A stretch of DNA of 64,000 bases from positions 3,286,001-3,350,000 of the forward strand of contig OU015566.1 of the NCBI GenBank assembly GCA_907165135.1, written 5' to 3'. The position numbers and the translations under genes are program-made. The stretch is from Oikopleura dioica (taxonomy: Eukaryota > Animalia > Chordata). This document shows, piece by piece, positions 37,406-50,791 of this stretch; the stretch's first letter is position 1; every line of letters begins with the position of its first letter. The notes beneath the pieces are model-generated. The model searched no databases, was not told the DNA's origin, and worked only from the letters and a program-made list of their open reading frames with translations.

Positions 37406-40181
37406 CAAAGTAAGCGATTTTGATGAAAAATTTTGTGAAAAAAATTTTACAAATTTTAAATTTCGGCTTCGATAGAAAGTAGATAAAGGTCAAAAGTTTT
37501 CATTTTCGAAGTAAAATAAGGGTGTCACTATGTTAAATTTCGGAAAAAAAAGCTGTACCAAAATGGCGATTCTTTATATCTACCACCTAAAGGAATCTAT
37601 CTTTTTCATACGTTTTCAAACCAAAAATTACACCATCTTCGAAAATGATAACCTTGAATACTTGGCAAATCGGTTGGACACCTGTTGCTTATCATTTTTC
37701 AAAAAAATTTTACACAACCTCTAAACTGATGAATGAACCTCATTAGAACACTGATGACTTCTAGTCACATGACTACTCCAAATATTCAAAATTTAGACTT
37801 TAGACTAGCTCATCTCATGTATAATCAATTTTTATCTTTTGAGAGCATCTCCATGCCGTAAAGAATTCGACATGGCTCCGGAGGTTACATATCCGCATTT
37901 ATTAATTTTGCAACAAGCTTGGTCGTGTTTTTCTTACGTTTATCGTGATCATAGACCATTTAGAGGTCTTTTTTTCGGTGTTGAATAGTGGGGCATTCTC
38001 GGCTCGAAATTCAAGAGCTGTAAATTTAAACTTTGGACTCACGTGTTTTTTTTCAACAATTCAAGTATCCTAGATTGACGAACTTAGAGATAGCAATTTA
38101 GTTGAACGAGTTTTTCTGACCAACGCGCTCTTCAAAAGATACATATTATTTAGCTCATTATATTTTCTAATGAGTCTTTTCTTGATCATGCTTTTTTATT
38201 TTAGATAAAATTTTTTTATAAAAATAATTATTTTATTTTAAATATTTAATTATCAAAAAATATTTTTTTAAATAATTAGAAATTTTATCATCTTATTGAA
38301 TAAAAAATAAATAATTCAAAAAATAATATTTTTAAATAAATTTTTTTCAGAAAATGAAATTTGATTTTTTGACGAAAATTGAAATTTTGTTCGTATTTTG
38401 ATAATTGCTCTGTAAAGAGGGAGAAAAAGAAACGTGTGCCTCTAATAAGCGTTCCACTTTAGCAAACTTCAAAGATGGCGAATGTCTCAAAAACACGCTC
38501 AGAAGAATGCTCTACGGGTCGAATAATAGTCAGATTAAAGTGCCGCACAAATAGCGCTCTGCACATTTTGGGGGCTCTAGAAAATTGACAGGGATCAGGT
38601 GAATTACTAGCATCAGCATTTTTGTTCATAAATTTGAGCCTTAACCGGGAAGAAGCTTTCTGCATTTTACGGTGATTTTCTATGTGCAAGTTTGGCTCAA
38701 GAAAACAGTTATTTTGCGAATTAAAAAATGTCAAATAATACAAAAATGACTGTTTTATATATCAAAATTTTAGATTCTCCTGTTATTGGAGAAAAATCGC
38801 GTCTTAAAATATTTCGAAAAGTAAATTATGTTCGCAGCCTTATAGTAAAATACTTTAGGAAGTATACAATTTCCTCAAATATGGCAAAGAATGTCCAAAA
38901 ATACATCATTTCGTCATGATATCCTTACAGCAATTCAAAATAAAGATGAAAATTAAGCCATAAGATAAATTATTCGCTTCGCTTTCGCTTTCAAATTTCG
39001 AAAAATTTCGTTTTCTTTTGCTTTTCATTTTACGCCAAAATCCAGACTCCTGCCCAAACGACTTATTTTTGAAGAATGATCTCACTAAAAGGTCAAAAAC
39101 TTGAGTATTTTTCTAACATCTTTTCCGACAGAAAGGGAAAAGCTCTGATTTTTATTCATGAATCGGAAGTTGATCATGCAAACGTGTTGTACAAATTCTA
39201 TTTATTAGCGAGCATAAACTCTAATCCAGCGCTGAGGTGTACTAAACTACCTGCCCTTATTTAGGCTCAAAACAGTGGAGCGCAAAGTTCGCTCCCCGTG
39301 TCTTTTTAGCCTATGCACGATAACTGCAACGCGTTACGTATAAGCTGATTTTCCTGAGCCCGTACCTTCATAACATACAAAAAAGATAACCGAGTTTACG
39401 AGTTATCGAAGTTTTAGACTTTCTTAATTTACAAAATATATCCGTAGAGTTAATCTCGATTTTAGGGACAAAAACGTGCAGAATCAAATGAAGGCTCTTT
39501 CTCATCTTATTTTTAAACATATCAATTTTTTGAGCTAAAAAATATCTTCAAAACTATTCCGTGTAATTTGTTTTTTTTAACCGTTTCTTCCGTTTTCCGT
39601 TAATTTTATCAATATCCGAAAACCGTCATTAATAATTTTGAATCATCACGGGATCAGTTAGTGATAACAGATTATGATTCATTACTGGAAAATTTTAACG
39701 GTAATGAAATTTTTTATCGTGAAGATGACATTTTACTTGAAAACGCGAAAAAAACAGATAAACTTTAGTTATGTGATAATTTTCTGCCAGTTTTGATCTT
39801 GACATGGATAAGTAGCTGGTAATCGAGCGGTCCTGATGATCTTTTTTGGAATCAAGATTTGTTAATCGCAACACTTCACTTTTCTATGTGTCTATTTCTT
39901 CGAATGATGAATTTAGTAAATATATGGTAGATTAAGAACTGCGTCCAGCTGATCAGCAACCTGGATGCGGCTTGTTCTGAAAGCTTTTAATTCTGAATAC
40001 ATGACATTTTATCCGATAGATTCTATCAAGAGATGCTCTGTCTTCTTCGAAAATTGATTGATCAGCAGCGGAAACAAGGATACTTCAGATTTCTCATAAA
40101 ACGTATCATTTTTTTTTGTAATTTAACTCGCTCTTTTTTCAGAATCTTACATAAGAAAGTGGCTATCTTATGCATGCCTCA

Positions 40182-40933
40182 TAGGGTTGGCCAAAAAAAT
40201 CGAAGGTCGTGCGACCAACACAAGTCACCCCGCATTCGAAGCGCCTTTTCTTAGGGATCATTTTGATGTATAAATGAAATCGGTCGCGCAACGGGAAGGC
40301 ATCGAAAAAAATGTTTTTTTAAAAATTTCGATTTTTTCGATTTTGAACAATATAACCATTATAAAATGAGTCATATCTTTTGTTGAGTCATGATCCCACA
40401 TGGTTTGGAGAGTTGCGCAAAATTTAAATTTCAATCTGCTTTAAAACAAAACTTAATACATGCTTTTACGTTTTTGAAGAATGCAAATGGTTTTTTCGTA
40501 TAAAATGACTATTTCTGATTTCATCTGTACAGTAACAATAATAAATACTGCTATTTATCTTAATCAGTATGCAAATTATAGTATATATATCGTGTTTATT
40601 GCTTAACTTTGCTTTTGAAAGCTTCTTTGACGATAAAAGAGCAATTAAAATGGTTCTTATATATACTTGATTGAAAGAACAGACGCTCATTAACATTTCT
40701 AGAATAAGAATGATGACGTCATAATGACTCAGCAAAAGTTATGAGTCATTTTTTGACATTGATTTTCATAAAAATCGAAAAAATCGAAATTTTCAAAAAA
40801 ACATTTTTTTCGATGCCTTCCCGTTGCGCGACCGATTTCATTTATACATCAAAATGATCCCCTAGAAAAGGCGCTTCGAATGCGGGGTGACTTGTGTTGG
40901 TCGCACGACCTTCGATTTTTTTGGCCAACCCTA
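40182..40933. mobile_element. Fold-back hAT-like MITE, family TAGGGTTGGCC (752 bp)
   Basis: Inverted arms of about 160 bp starting TAGGGTTGGCCAAAAAAATCG. TSD ATGCCTCA / TTGCCTCA (7/8 match). Confidence 0.88.
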
Positions 40934-41496
40934 TTGCCTCATCAAGATTCGCCGCTCAAGACGATTGTTCTTACGGAAAATCAAGTCTTCCAAATATGAT
41001 CATCCCGGATGATTCATCCGTTTGACAGAAAATTTAATAAAAGATAATCAATTTGTCTGCCTTTGAAGATAAAAAGATATATTAGGCTCAAATTCTGAGC
41101 CTCAGAAAGCACATTATATTGCCAATGGACAATTTGTAGTAAAGGGTCTTTATTCGAGCTGCCTCTATCCGAAATCAAAACTCAAGGCAAAAACCAGGGA
41201 GTTTTCCTTCAGAAACTTTTGACCTCATTGCATGTAAGTATGTTCTTCACATTATCTATGTCAGAGGTAAAAGTTCAGTCGCAGGTCATTTCGGGCGCCT
41301 AAGCTTCTCAATAGACGCCGTGCACGATTTCTCGCGGTAGATTGCTCGTTGGCGCCAAGTCACGCGCGCGACGCACCGCTCGACCTCTTTATTAAAAAGC
41401 GCGTATCTGGTCAATTCGTCAGTGCTGAAAATAGCTTTCCGTTTTTACATATTTTTTTTAAAAAAGATAATTTTTGAAAAATAAAATTAAACCGCG

Positions 41497-42951
41497 ATGA
41501 AACTCTTTGGAACATATCTCCTCGCCAGCGTCGCTGCTAGAAGAAATAAGAATAAGAATAAAGGTAAATTAAGATTCAAGAGAGCATAGAATTAAGGGTA
41601 TCTCATCGTTTATTCTATTTTATGTTTTTTTTTTCATTTTCTTAAAATATTTTCTCGAAAAAAATTATTTTTAGCTTTTTGATTGGCCAAATCATTTCTA
41701 CCTTGTACTACCCTTAATTTAATCATCTTATGTCCCCTTAAAAATATTTTTATCAAAGGTGAAGGTCGACTCTATGCCGATTTGGGCAGCTTCCTCTCCG
41801 CCGCCCCGCCATCCTGGTGGAACGAAAGCCAAACCGTTGGCTTCCTCAAAAACGCGCGAACTGATGGAAAAGCTGTCTTTTCCGATGAAGTCTGGGCAGG
41901 TGCTCGTCGAGGTGCTGGAGAGCGAATGGGAAACCAATACACTGCCATTGTCAACAGAGCCTTGTAAGTCCTATATTCAAAGTTCGTTTTATAACGAAAA
42001 ATTTTAAGGAGAACCTATGCTAAATGCAAAGACATCACTCTCCCTGAAGACACTTTCGAGTCACGACGAAGACGATCCACCGAGGAGGGCGGCCGAAAGA
42101 AAAAGAAGAACCGAGGCGGCAAAAAGAACAAGAAGAACAAGGAGTCTGGCCGAGGCATCCCAGCCACCACTCCAGACAAACTCCACTGGAACATGACCTG
42201 GAGAGTCGCCATGGTCGTCCGAGAGACAATGATGTCCGACGTCAATTGCATCACATCTGCTTACAGGTAAGCTATTTTGGCATTTTTCGACATCTTTTAC
42301 CTTCTTTCAAGACTCTTCCAGCGATTGGACCGATACAACTTGAACGCGAACTACCAGTACTGCACCAACGTCAACGACAGTGCCCCTTACTGCCAGTGGC
42401 TCCAAAAGGATGAAGAAGGACAGACGATCTCGTACAAGACTGCCCGAAAGCAGGGCACTTACACAAAGGAATGGGTCGATTATTTTTCTTTTTTCTCCTT
42501 GATTTCAGCGTAAGAAAGACAATTCTGACCCTTGAAAAAGTTCGCTAAAGGTGGCGCGATCAGCGTCTACTCTCCAGTTTGCGAAGTGATGGACAAACCC
42601 GCCAACGCCAACTACGATGGAGACATCTACTGCCCAGAAGGATACGCCATCAAAATCGACCGAGCAAAATATGGACGAAGCACCAGAGGATTCTGCCGAG
42701 GAGATGCTGATTCCAACATCAACGTAATTTTCAAACACAGATTCACTCATGTTTACCAACCAATTTAGCTTTGCAAGGGTAAAACCGGCAGTACTGTTGT
42801 CGTCACTGACATCATCGCCGACAAATGCGACGGCCTGACAAACTGCGTCATCGAAGCCTCCAACGAGTTCCTCAACGGCGGCGAAGATCCCTGCCCCGGA
42901 GTCGAGAAATTGGCCGAAGTCTACCACACCTGCGAAAAGATCGAAGAGTAA
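41497..42951 (+). CDS. Secreted protein with a C-terminal SUEL/Gal-lectin domain
   Basis: MKLFGTYLLASVAA signal; basic RRRRS and KKKKNRGGKK stretches; IYCPEGYAIKIDRAKYGRSTRGFC..ADKCDGLTNCVIEASNEFLNGGEDPCPGVEKLAEVYHTC. Confidence 0.8.
41596..41713. mobile_element. TTAA-flanked mini element (Kolobok-like termini) in an intron
   Basis: TTAA|GGGTA ... TACCC|TTAA. Confidence 0.5.
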
Positions 42952-43966
42952 TTATTTTTTCAACCTTCTTTGCCAAAGCTTTTAATTTCGCCAAATCTTC
43001 TTTTACCGATTTTTGCCCGGCAAATCACGGGGAAATGAGACTCACTCAAAAAATTTGAGTCATCTACCGGGCAACAAATTGGTTAAAGGAAATAACATGC
43101 TTCATCTTTCATAAGTGACTGTACATAAAAATATCAATAAATTTTCTACAAAAAATTTTTTTCAAGAATTTATTGAATCGATTCTCTTGATTCTGGCAGC
43201 AGGGTTTTTGAAGAAAGCGATCTTGGTATGGATAAAAACAAATAAGGGTCTCACTCTATTATCAAATTTTTTATCCATTTTCTTGGTTAGTTCGTGGACA
43301 GCTTCAATGACCAAGAAAAGAGAAAAACGCCGAAAATAATCGCAACTAAGATTTTTTCGACACGAAAAGAAAACTAAACTGACCAAATAATACATCGATT
43401 TCTAGGTGAATTGATCCGAGACCGCCGGGCATTGGTGGAGCTAGAAATGACATTTATTCCAAAAGTAAGTTTTGAAGCTGAACTTCTCTTTGATGCTCTG
43501 TAATCTTCCGCGAGTTTTTGAGGCATTCTTTTTGCTCGATTCAAGTTGTTATTCATTGTCGAACCTTCTCTGCTCTTTTCTTTGCGATAACTTGATTTAG
43601 GGCTTTGATTGAGTTGCAGTCGACTCAATTAAAATGTTCAGAGTTAGAGTTTTATTTCGACAGTTTTTTCAGAAAAAGCTTTTTTGGAAAAATTTTCAAA
43701 AACACAAAATTCTTCGATAATTCAATAATTGACTCATTATTTTCTCATTCTCAGGGTATTTAGCTAATCCTATAGCTTGTAAAGAATTAGGAGCTAGAGC
43801 CAGGAAAATCTTCTTACTCATTTTTCTAGCTCCTTCTTTCCATAATTACCAGAGGCGGGCCAGGTCAGAAAAGTTATAACAATTAATTAATTTGGAAAAA
43901 AAAAATGGTGGCGCCATTTGAAAAAAAGCTGCCCTCTGGCGCGTGTTCTCGTGTTCGATCAAATTC

Positions 43967-43980
43967 AATTATCACGTGAT
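43967..43980. promoter_or_regulatory. Composite ATTA + palindromic E-box, AATTATCACGTGAT, upstream of MNX1
   Basis: The identical 14-mer recurs at 44962-44975 in intron 2 of the same gene. Confidence 0.5.
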
Positions 43981-44036
43981 TGAAGCTGATAATTTTTAAT
44001 AGAAGCAAAGAAAAAAAAGAGATTCTTTTTTACTCA

Positions 44037-46043
44037 ATGGAAATCATGCACAGTAGAAAAGAGGAAGAAGGAGGAAAGAAAATTAACTTTGGAATTGACT
44101 CGATTCTCAAAAGCCAAAAGGTAGGGCGAAAAATGATATCAAGGAAGAGAAAATTTCGGTCTAGAAAAACGAAGAGTCCGATTCTTCGACAGAAGAGGGG
44201 CACGGTCACGAGCCTCAGGGCATGCCACAGCATATGAATCCACTGCGACTTCAAGCACTGGCAGCTCAGCTGAGCAGTTTGAACAATCATCAATCCAGGT
44301 AGGAAAGGGCTAATGAACGATTTTGAAGAAGACTTTCGCTTGTTTGATTTTTCGTTGAGATACCCTTATTTTTCAGTGAAATGGCCGCCTGGTATCATCA
44401 AAATCTAATGCAGAACATCGCTCAGAACAATCAGTTAATGAGTCTGCAGCTGAATCGTCTGGCCACTCATCCTTTTCAAATCGGGCAATATCAGGGTAAG
44501 TAAAGAGACATGGGCTCTTTGTGCTAATTGAGCAAGTTTTACAAGCCTGACGAGGCTCATCACAGTCCACTTAGTTAAATAATCGCGCTAATGAACATTC
44601 GACAGTAGAACTTGCCTTCTCCTTGCTTTCGTTAAGGGAGTATCCCGGATACTGTATCCGCCTTATTTTGACAAAAAGCAGGTTTCATAATGTCCCTTCT
44701 TCAAATACAGTATTATCAACACGCTGGGAGGAATGAACTAGTAATCGCCTGTAATAGAACAAAGCCAGCGTGTGCCCAAGCCATAAATCGCCCCCGGGCA
44801 CAGTAGGAAAGCGTCATAAAACACCGAACAAAAACCACAAATTAGCAGTTTTAATAACTCAAAAATATCAAGATCGACGTTCCGCTTAAAATCTGCCTTT
44901 TTGGCGATCAAAGAGGGGGCCGCCAATTTATTATCGAAAAGGCGCGGGAGGGGCGCTCGTAAATTATCACGTGATATATAGAATATTGGAAGGGATCATA
45001 TGGTGATTTCATATTGTTAGCAAAATTTAATGGGTAAGATCCAAAGCTCCGCAAGCCTGTGCAAAAAACCTGAGTCAGGGTCCACAATGGAGTATTTTTA
45101 AGAACCCCCCCCCCTTAAATTTTTTGACTGAATGCTCAAATCTGATTGGTTGTAAATTTGACCAAAATTTTGATCCAAATTGCCTTTACTTTGGGCAGAA
45201 CCAAAATATGGGAGTCATTTTAAAGATCGGGGTTTTGATTGGTCCGTAGGCCAAATACAGCAATCTCATTGGCAATCTAAAAATGCACTTCCATGAATTT
45301 GTTTGATTCATGTTTTTTTTGTCTTTTCCGGCAACTACCTTAAAAAGTCCAGCTCAAGATGGCGAGCTCCCTAATTTAAGGGTGTCCAAAGCAATTTGAA
45401 AAATAATCAAGAGTGATAGATCAAGACGTTATTGGAATTAATATGTTATCGATGCGGATTGATTATAAATTAATTTTAATCAAGCGTGTATCAACCTTTT
45501 TGGACAAGTTAATCAACACTCGTAAATTCGCCTGTAATTGGGCGCAAGCAATCATCGCGAATAAACCTTCAATTTACAGAATTAACACTTGATTAATTGA
45601 GCCCCTCCCCGCTGAAAAAAGGACGAGTTAATCAATAAACACAATTTTATCTCTATTTTTCAGGGCTTTTGCAACAAACTGGAGGAAAGTCTAGACGACC
45701 ACGAACAGCTTTCAGCTCGCAGCAATTATTGGAACTAGAGAGGCAATTCAAGATGAACAAGTATCTTTCAAGGCCAAAACGATTTGAAGTAGCGACGATG
45801 CTTTGCTTGACTGAAACACAGGTTGAAATCAACAAGGAGAACCAAAATTCTCGATCGTTTTTTTAGGTTAAAATTTGGTTTCAAAATCGAAGGATGAAAT
45901 GGAAGAGGAATAATTCGAAAGAAAACGGGGAAGGAGAAGAAGGATCTTCGGAAATTCAAGAAGGGGAGCATAAAGAAGATAGTGATACGAGTGAAAATGA
46001 AAGTGAAGGACTGAAAATTGCTGGTGAAACGATGGAGAGCTAG
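44037..46043 (+). CDS. MNX1: Motor neuron and pancreas homeobox (Mnx/HB9)
   Basis: Homeodomain [46 protein letters not shown]|[14 protein letters not shown]; N-terminal eh1-like FGIDSIL. Confidence 0.95.
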
Positions 46044-46351
46044 AGTTTCTTCGCTTGTCGGCTAGATATTGTACAAACATTATTGACTGTTTATATAATC
46101 GAAGATATTATCAATATGATTTTGAAGTTTTATTTTCCGCGAAGTTAACGGAAAAGTGACCTTTTCGCGCAGCACAGTGCAAATATCATTTGTTACATCG
46201 AAGAGAGGTTTTTTCCTTCAGAGAGATTCCAGAGATGAGAAAATTGCTCATTTTATTTTGCCATTTAGCAATTGCTTTTCGCCCAAAACAAGTCAACGAA
46301 ACTTGCCCGTAAATATTAATAATAGAGTTCACTCTTTTTTAAATTAATAAG

Positions 46352-47888
46352 TGACGCTGATCTTGGTGAAATTTGTGATGGACATTGTTTCTCAACATTT
46401 CTGAGCTGCAAGGACGATTGTGAGTCCGGCTCTTGCGAAAGAGAATGCCTCTTTGATTATACAGGTTCGCTTACGATTGCGATAAAATTCCGTTCAATTT
46501 ATCTCCCAGACTGCTATTCGAACTGTCCATGCTACCAGAACTGTGAGAATGGATGCGTTGAGTGCATGAATCCAATCTGTTCATGTGTATCACCCGAAAA
46601 AGACAATGCTTTTTATCAACACTGCATTGATGAGAGTCAGAAAAACTTCGGAAAATGTGTGAAAGCATGCGTTGCTCAAGAGATTTGCTACGATGCTTGT
46701 TATTCTGACTTCATTGTCTCGTCGAGAAAATGCCCATGTAATGCAGGGTGTGAGCTTGGTTGCCCCTGCGAGTCAGGTTATGATTGTCAACCTTTTATAA
46801 TGGCCCTTTGTCAAAGCTCTGAACCACCAAAAATTGATTTCGGTTACGTTATATCAGCTGATGGAAATTTCAAGGATTTGTTTCTTGATTAATTAATTGA
46901 TTCATTCACGGAAAATAGATCTTTAAGTTAAACAGAAAAAAGGAAAATAGGTTTTATACAAGTCAACAAGGATCGTTCATTGAAAGATCTGGACATGCCG
47001 TATTGAATGGAGAAATGTTCATATTTGGTGGTCTTCAAAATCCGAAAAAAGTAATTGAAAAAAATTTTATTTACTTAAAATATTGTTAATCTTAGATTGG
47101 TAAAATTGATGAATGCAATTTTGTTGACACTGGGATGAAGCTTATCAATGACTTTTTGTCTAACTCTGGAGCACTTGTGACCGTGCATGAAATTCACGAT
47201 GAAACAATTTTGTGCCGAGGCGAAATTGAATGCGAGGGATTTGACGGAGTATCGTCGAAGCCAATAGCATCAACGAAAGAGAAACATTTCTTTAGTTGTA
47301 TGGCACTTTATGATTCACAGCCCATAATCATCGCTGGAATCGCTTCGAGTTCGGTCGAAGCTCTTGCTGTAACGTAATGAAACAAAAAAATATTTGATGA
47401 TAAATAACAATGTTAAGGGGCTGGCAGACGGAAACCAAGCATCCCTCTGGGACTATTCGAGGCACAACTTGCGTTTCTCTTGATCATGGAGTTCTCGTTA
47501 TTGGAGGTTATGTAGATTCGCACCAAACCAAAGCATATTCTTACACTGATTCTAAGTGGTCCATGATTGGTGAAATGAAACAGGTAGAATGGAATTTCAT
47601 CGTCAATAGAATTTATCTTTGAAGAAATTTTATGGAGGATCAATGATATTATTTGACGATTTTTTTCTGGTATTTGCTGGAATAGGTGGCGGGTAAGGAA
47701 CAGGAACAATCAAAAAATATTAATTATTGAGGTCATTTGCCGTTGAACGCGCAGAATGGAATGGTGAAAAAATAACTTCTTCTGAGGTTTTATTCCATCA
47801 TGAAAATGGATGCTACAGGCCGATAGTCTTCGAGACGTATCCTGACCATTGTGAAAATTTCTGTTCCGATGATTTCTGCTATGTTTAG
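46352..47888 (+). CDS. Cys-rich CPC-module protein with kelch-like beta-propeller repeats
   Basis: NCPCYQNCENGC..KCPCNAGCELGCPC, then NGEMFIFGG, PIIIAG, GVLVIGG repeats, ending FCSDDFCYV*. The start lies upstream and was not resolved. Confidence 0.7.
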
Positions 47889-48362
47889 CGAGAGAATGAT
47901 GAGCAATAAAAAAGTGAAATCATGGAAGAAAATATCAAGATTCGATTCTCAATATTTTCCACTGACCGTATCATCATGTGCCTAAATGTCAAAGTAAATA
48001 TACGTATTTCTCTCCCCAAGAGGTGACCAAACAAAACGGTGTTCATGTCGTGCAAATATTCAACAATCAGAAAGCCACAAGTGAATGTCAATCTCACGCG
48101 TCCGCTCACGTCATTTCATTTCGGTAAAAAGAAATTTATACAGCCCCAGCAGCGACAAAATCGTAAAAATAACCTCTTTCGAAAATGGCGTAAAATATCA
48201 CAAAAAATGGAAAAATATTTTTTTCAAAACAATTTTTAGCAAGATTTTTTTTTGAAAATTCACAAAATCAAAAAAAAAAGCGAATAAATATTTTTGACTT
48301 TATATTTTTCTTTATATAAAGGAAATAATAATATTTACAGAAATAAACAGGAAAAAATACTC

Positions 48363-49647
48363 TTATTCTAAACAGGCTTCCAAAACCGGCTCAAATTGTA
48401 AACTTCTTGAGCTCGCATTCGTTTTTTGCTGTTTTGGCTCGATCAATTCTAGATCTTCAAGATTCAGCCTCGACAAGAACTTCGAGGAGGAGGTGGAGGA
48501 GGATGAACACGTGACGTCGGAATTGCACTGGCGAAGGGGGCGAGCGTAGATGGCTTTGGAACGGGAAAGTTTTCGGTGAGTTCGGACGATTTTTCGACCT
48601 CGGGGCGCTTCGTCGGAGAGTGTCAGGTGGGAGAGATCGAGGTTGCCCAAATCTGAAAAAGGGGAGTTATGGTTTTGGCTCAAAAAAGGTTATGATTCAT
48701 TTTCATTGTTTCTTATTAAGAATAATTCAATCGTATTTTAAGGGTATCATTCTGTTAAAAAAATTTTCTTAAACTTGGAAATTTCGAGTCGAAACATAAA
48801 TATTTTTAAGTACAAAATTTTAAAAATTCTTTTTTTTTTCTTTTAAAAATAAGCCTATATTTACCTGATATATCCGAGCTCGTTAAATCCGAACTTGTAG
48901 AAGACGCGTCATCGGACTTGACTGACTGGCTGATGCTCATTGCCGCTCGAATTTCATGAAACATAAATTCCTTCTTTTTTCTTTTGTTGCTTTGAGGTCT
49001 TGTCGCTTCGATTTGCTGGTTTTTCTTCGATTTCAGAACTCGGCAGCGCCGCCAGAATTCCTTGCTCCGAGGGGTTTTCTGATAGTATGATTCCTTTCTG
49101 ACAGCGATTTTTGATTCAAATATCTTCGTTTTTGTCGACCTGAAAAATTATTAAGGGCTTCATCAATGAAAATAATAACTTAAAAAGTAATATTAAATAT
49201 CCTTTAATTTATTAAAATAATTCGTTAAAAATTATTATAATTATTATTATTATAATTAAAAATTATAAGGTTTCATCAAAAATATGTAATTTAAGGGTGT
49301 CACTTGGTAAAATTTGAGAAAAGAAGCATTTTTCTTACTTTTTGCTCTTGATATTTTTTCTTGATTTGTTACCTTAAATTTTTTATTTTTTGATAATCTG
49401 CTTATTTTTTGTCTTCTTTTTAGTTTTCTTTTGAGATAATTGAAAATTCGAAATCTCTGTTAAAAAATTCTTGCTTTTTTATTGATTGAAAATTTTCGTG
49501 CACGGAAAAATGATAATTTTCTCCTAGTCCGTTTAGTTTTTTTTTTCTTTCTTCGTGTAACTCGGATGAGCTCGGTGGCGACGCCTTGACGTCACGTGAC
49601 GACACTTCAAATTCGATCGAGGCTTCTTGTGACGTCACAGCGCTCAT
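48363..49647 (-). CDS. Unidentified Ser-rich, low-complexity multi-exon protein
   Basis: Exon-like ORFs at 49420..49647, about 48870-49140 and 48363..48660, separated by AT-rich introns with canonical sites. Confidence 0.4.
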
Positions 49648-49748
49648 CGACCGAAACAGACCCCCACTGACTTACACAATCAGTATCAGCTTTATCAAGA
49701 GATTCGATGGCTTGATTCACTCTCCTCATTCTGAAGCAGAAAAATTAA

Positions 49749-49857
49749 GGGTATCTCCACGAAAACAAAAAATATTTAATTCGCTTAAAATTCGAGATGA
49801 GAGCTTCTTTCTTAGGTCCCAAAAGAAATTAAGCGGGCAAATATTTCTTGGATGCCC
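49749..49857. mobile_element. TTAA-flanked mini element (Kolobok-like termini)
   Basis: TTAA|GGGTATC ... GATGCCC|TTAA. Confidence 0.5.
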
Positions 49858-50791
49858 TTAAAAATTGAACGACAAATCGTTAATTACAGTCATCAGTAAC
49901 AGTTAGATAAGTTATCTAAGATAACGTAAGCATATTTGAGAATCGACCAAATCAATACTGCGATAAAAAGACAGCTTTCGACGTCACAAACTTAAGGAGG
50001 TCTCTCCGCACATTTGGTAAAAGCGTTTGCCAATGCATTTATCATTTTGTCACTCAGATTGCGTCACTCTGACCCATTGAAAATGCCCGTGAAAATGCAC
50101 CCTGATCATAAAACAACGAAAATTATCGCCGAACATAAATCATCATAACCCGACAGTCAAATAAAATGAAACTTGAAAATTCTTCCGGCATTAGTACTTT
50201 TGAAAGCAAGATTTATCTGACTGCCCTTTCAAACAAGAATTCAAATTAAAAGAAAAAATCATGGAAATGGTCCTCTAAAAACGTCAAATTTATGATTTCG
50301 CTTCCTACGAAAATGAATCAGAAATAATATGACGCTTTTTACGTTAATTTCCTACGAAAACGCGAGTCTTTGGTATGAATTAATATTTTTTCCATTGAAG
50401 ATTTAAAATAAATTTGAAATTTTCCGCTGAGACAGAATGTGTTAATATCGAATTTTGCGAATCGCATAAAATCGTTCATTTCTGATCCAATATTTGCGCT
50501 GGTAAAGGACATGTTTAAAAACTCTTCCATGACAATTGAATTTTTCTCGTTCTTGAGAGAAAATGAAGCTGTTTTCATTCTTGTTCTTTTCTGGTCTGAG
50601 GGCGAGTCTTGTGCCCAAAAATGACACAACAGAAGTTTGCTACGAAGGACTCGGTTGCTTTGACAATGAGTTCCCCTGGGACTGTCTTTATGCGCAGGAA
50701 TGGGACTGACAATAAGGGCATCAATGAGATAAAATAAAGATACTACCAAATCATTTTTCGAAAAGCTGCGAGTAAAATTTTATCATTAAAA

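Noticed and set aside
43115-43628. Small ORFs between the lectin gene and MNX1
   Set aside because: No recognisable motif and no consistent splice model; it may be a gene but I cannot support it.
49586-49640. CLEAR/CRE-like motifs (GTCACGTGAC, TGACGTCA) as lipase regulatory sites
   Set aside because: They lie within a probable coding exon of the divergent gene, about 1 kb from the lipase ATG; no independent support.
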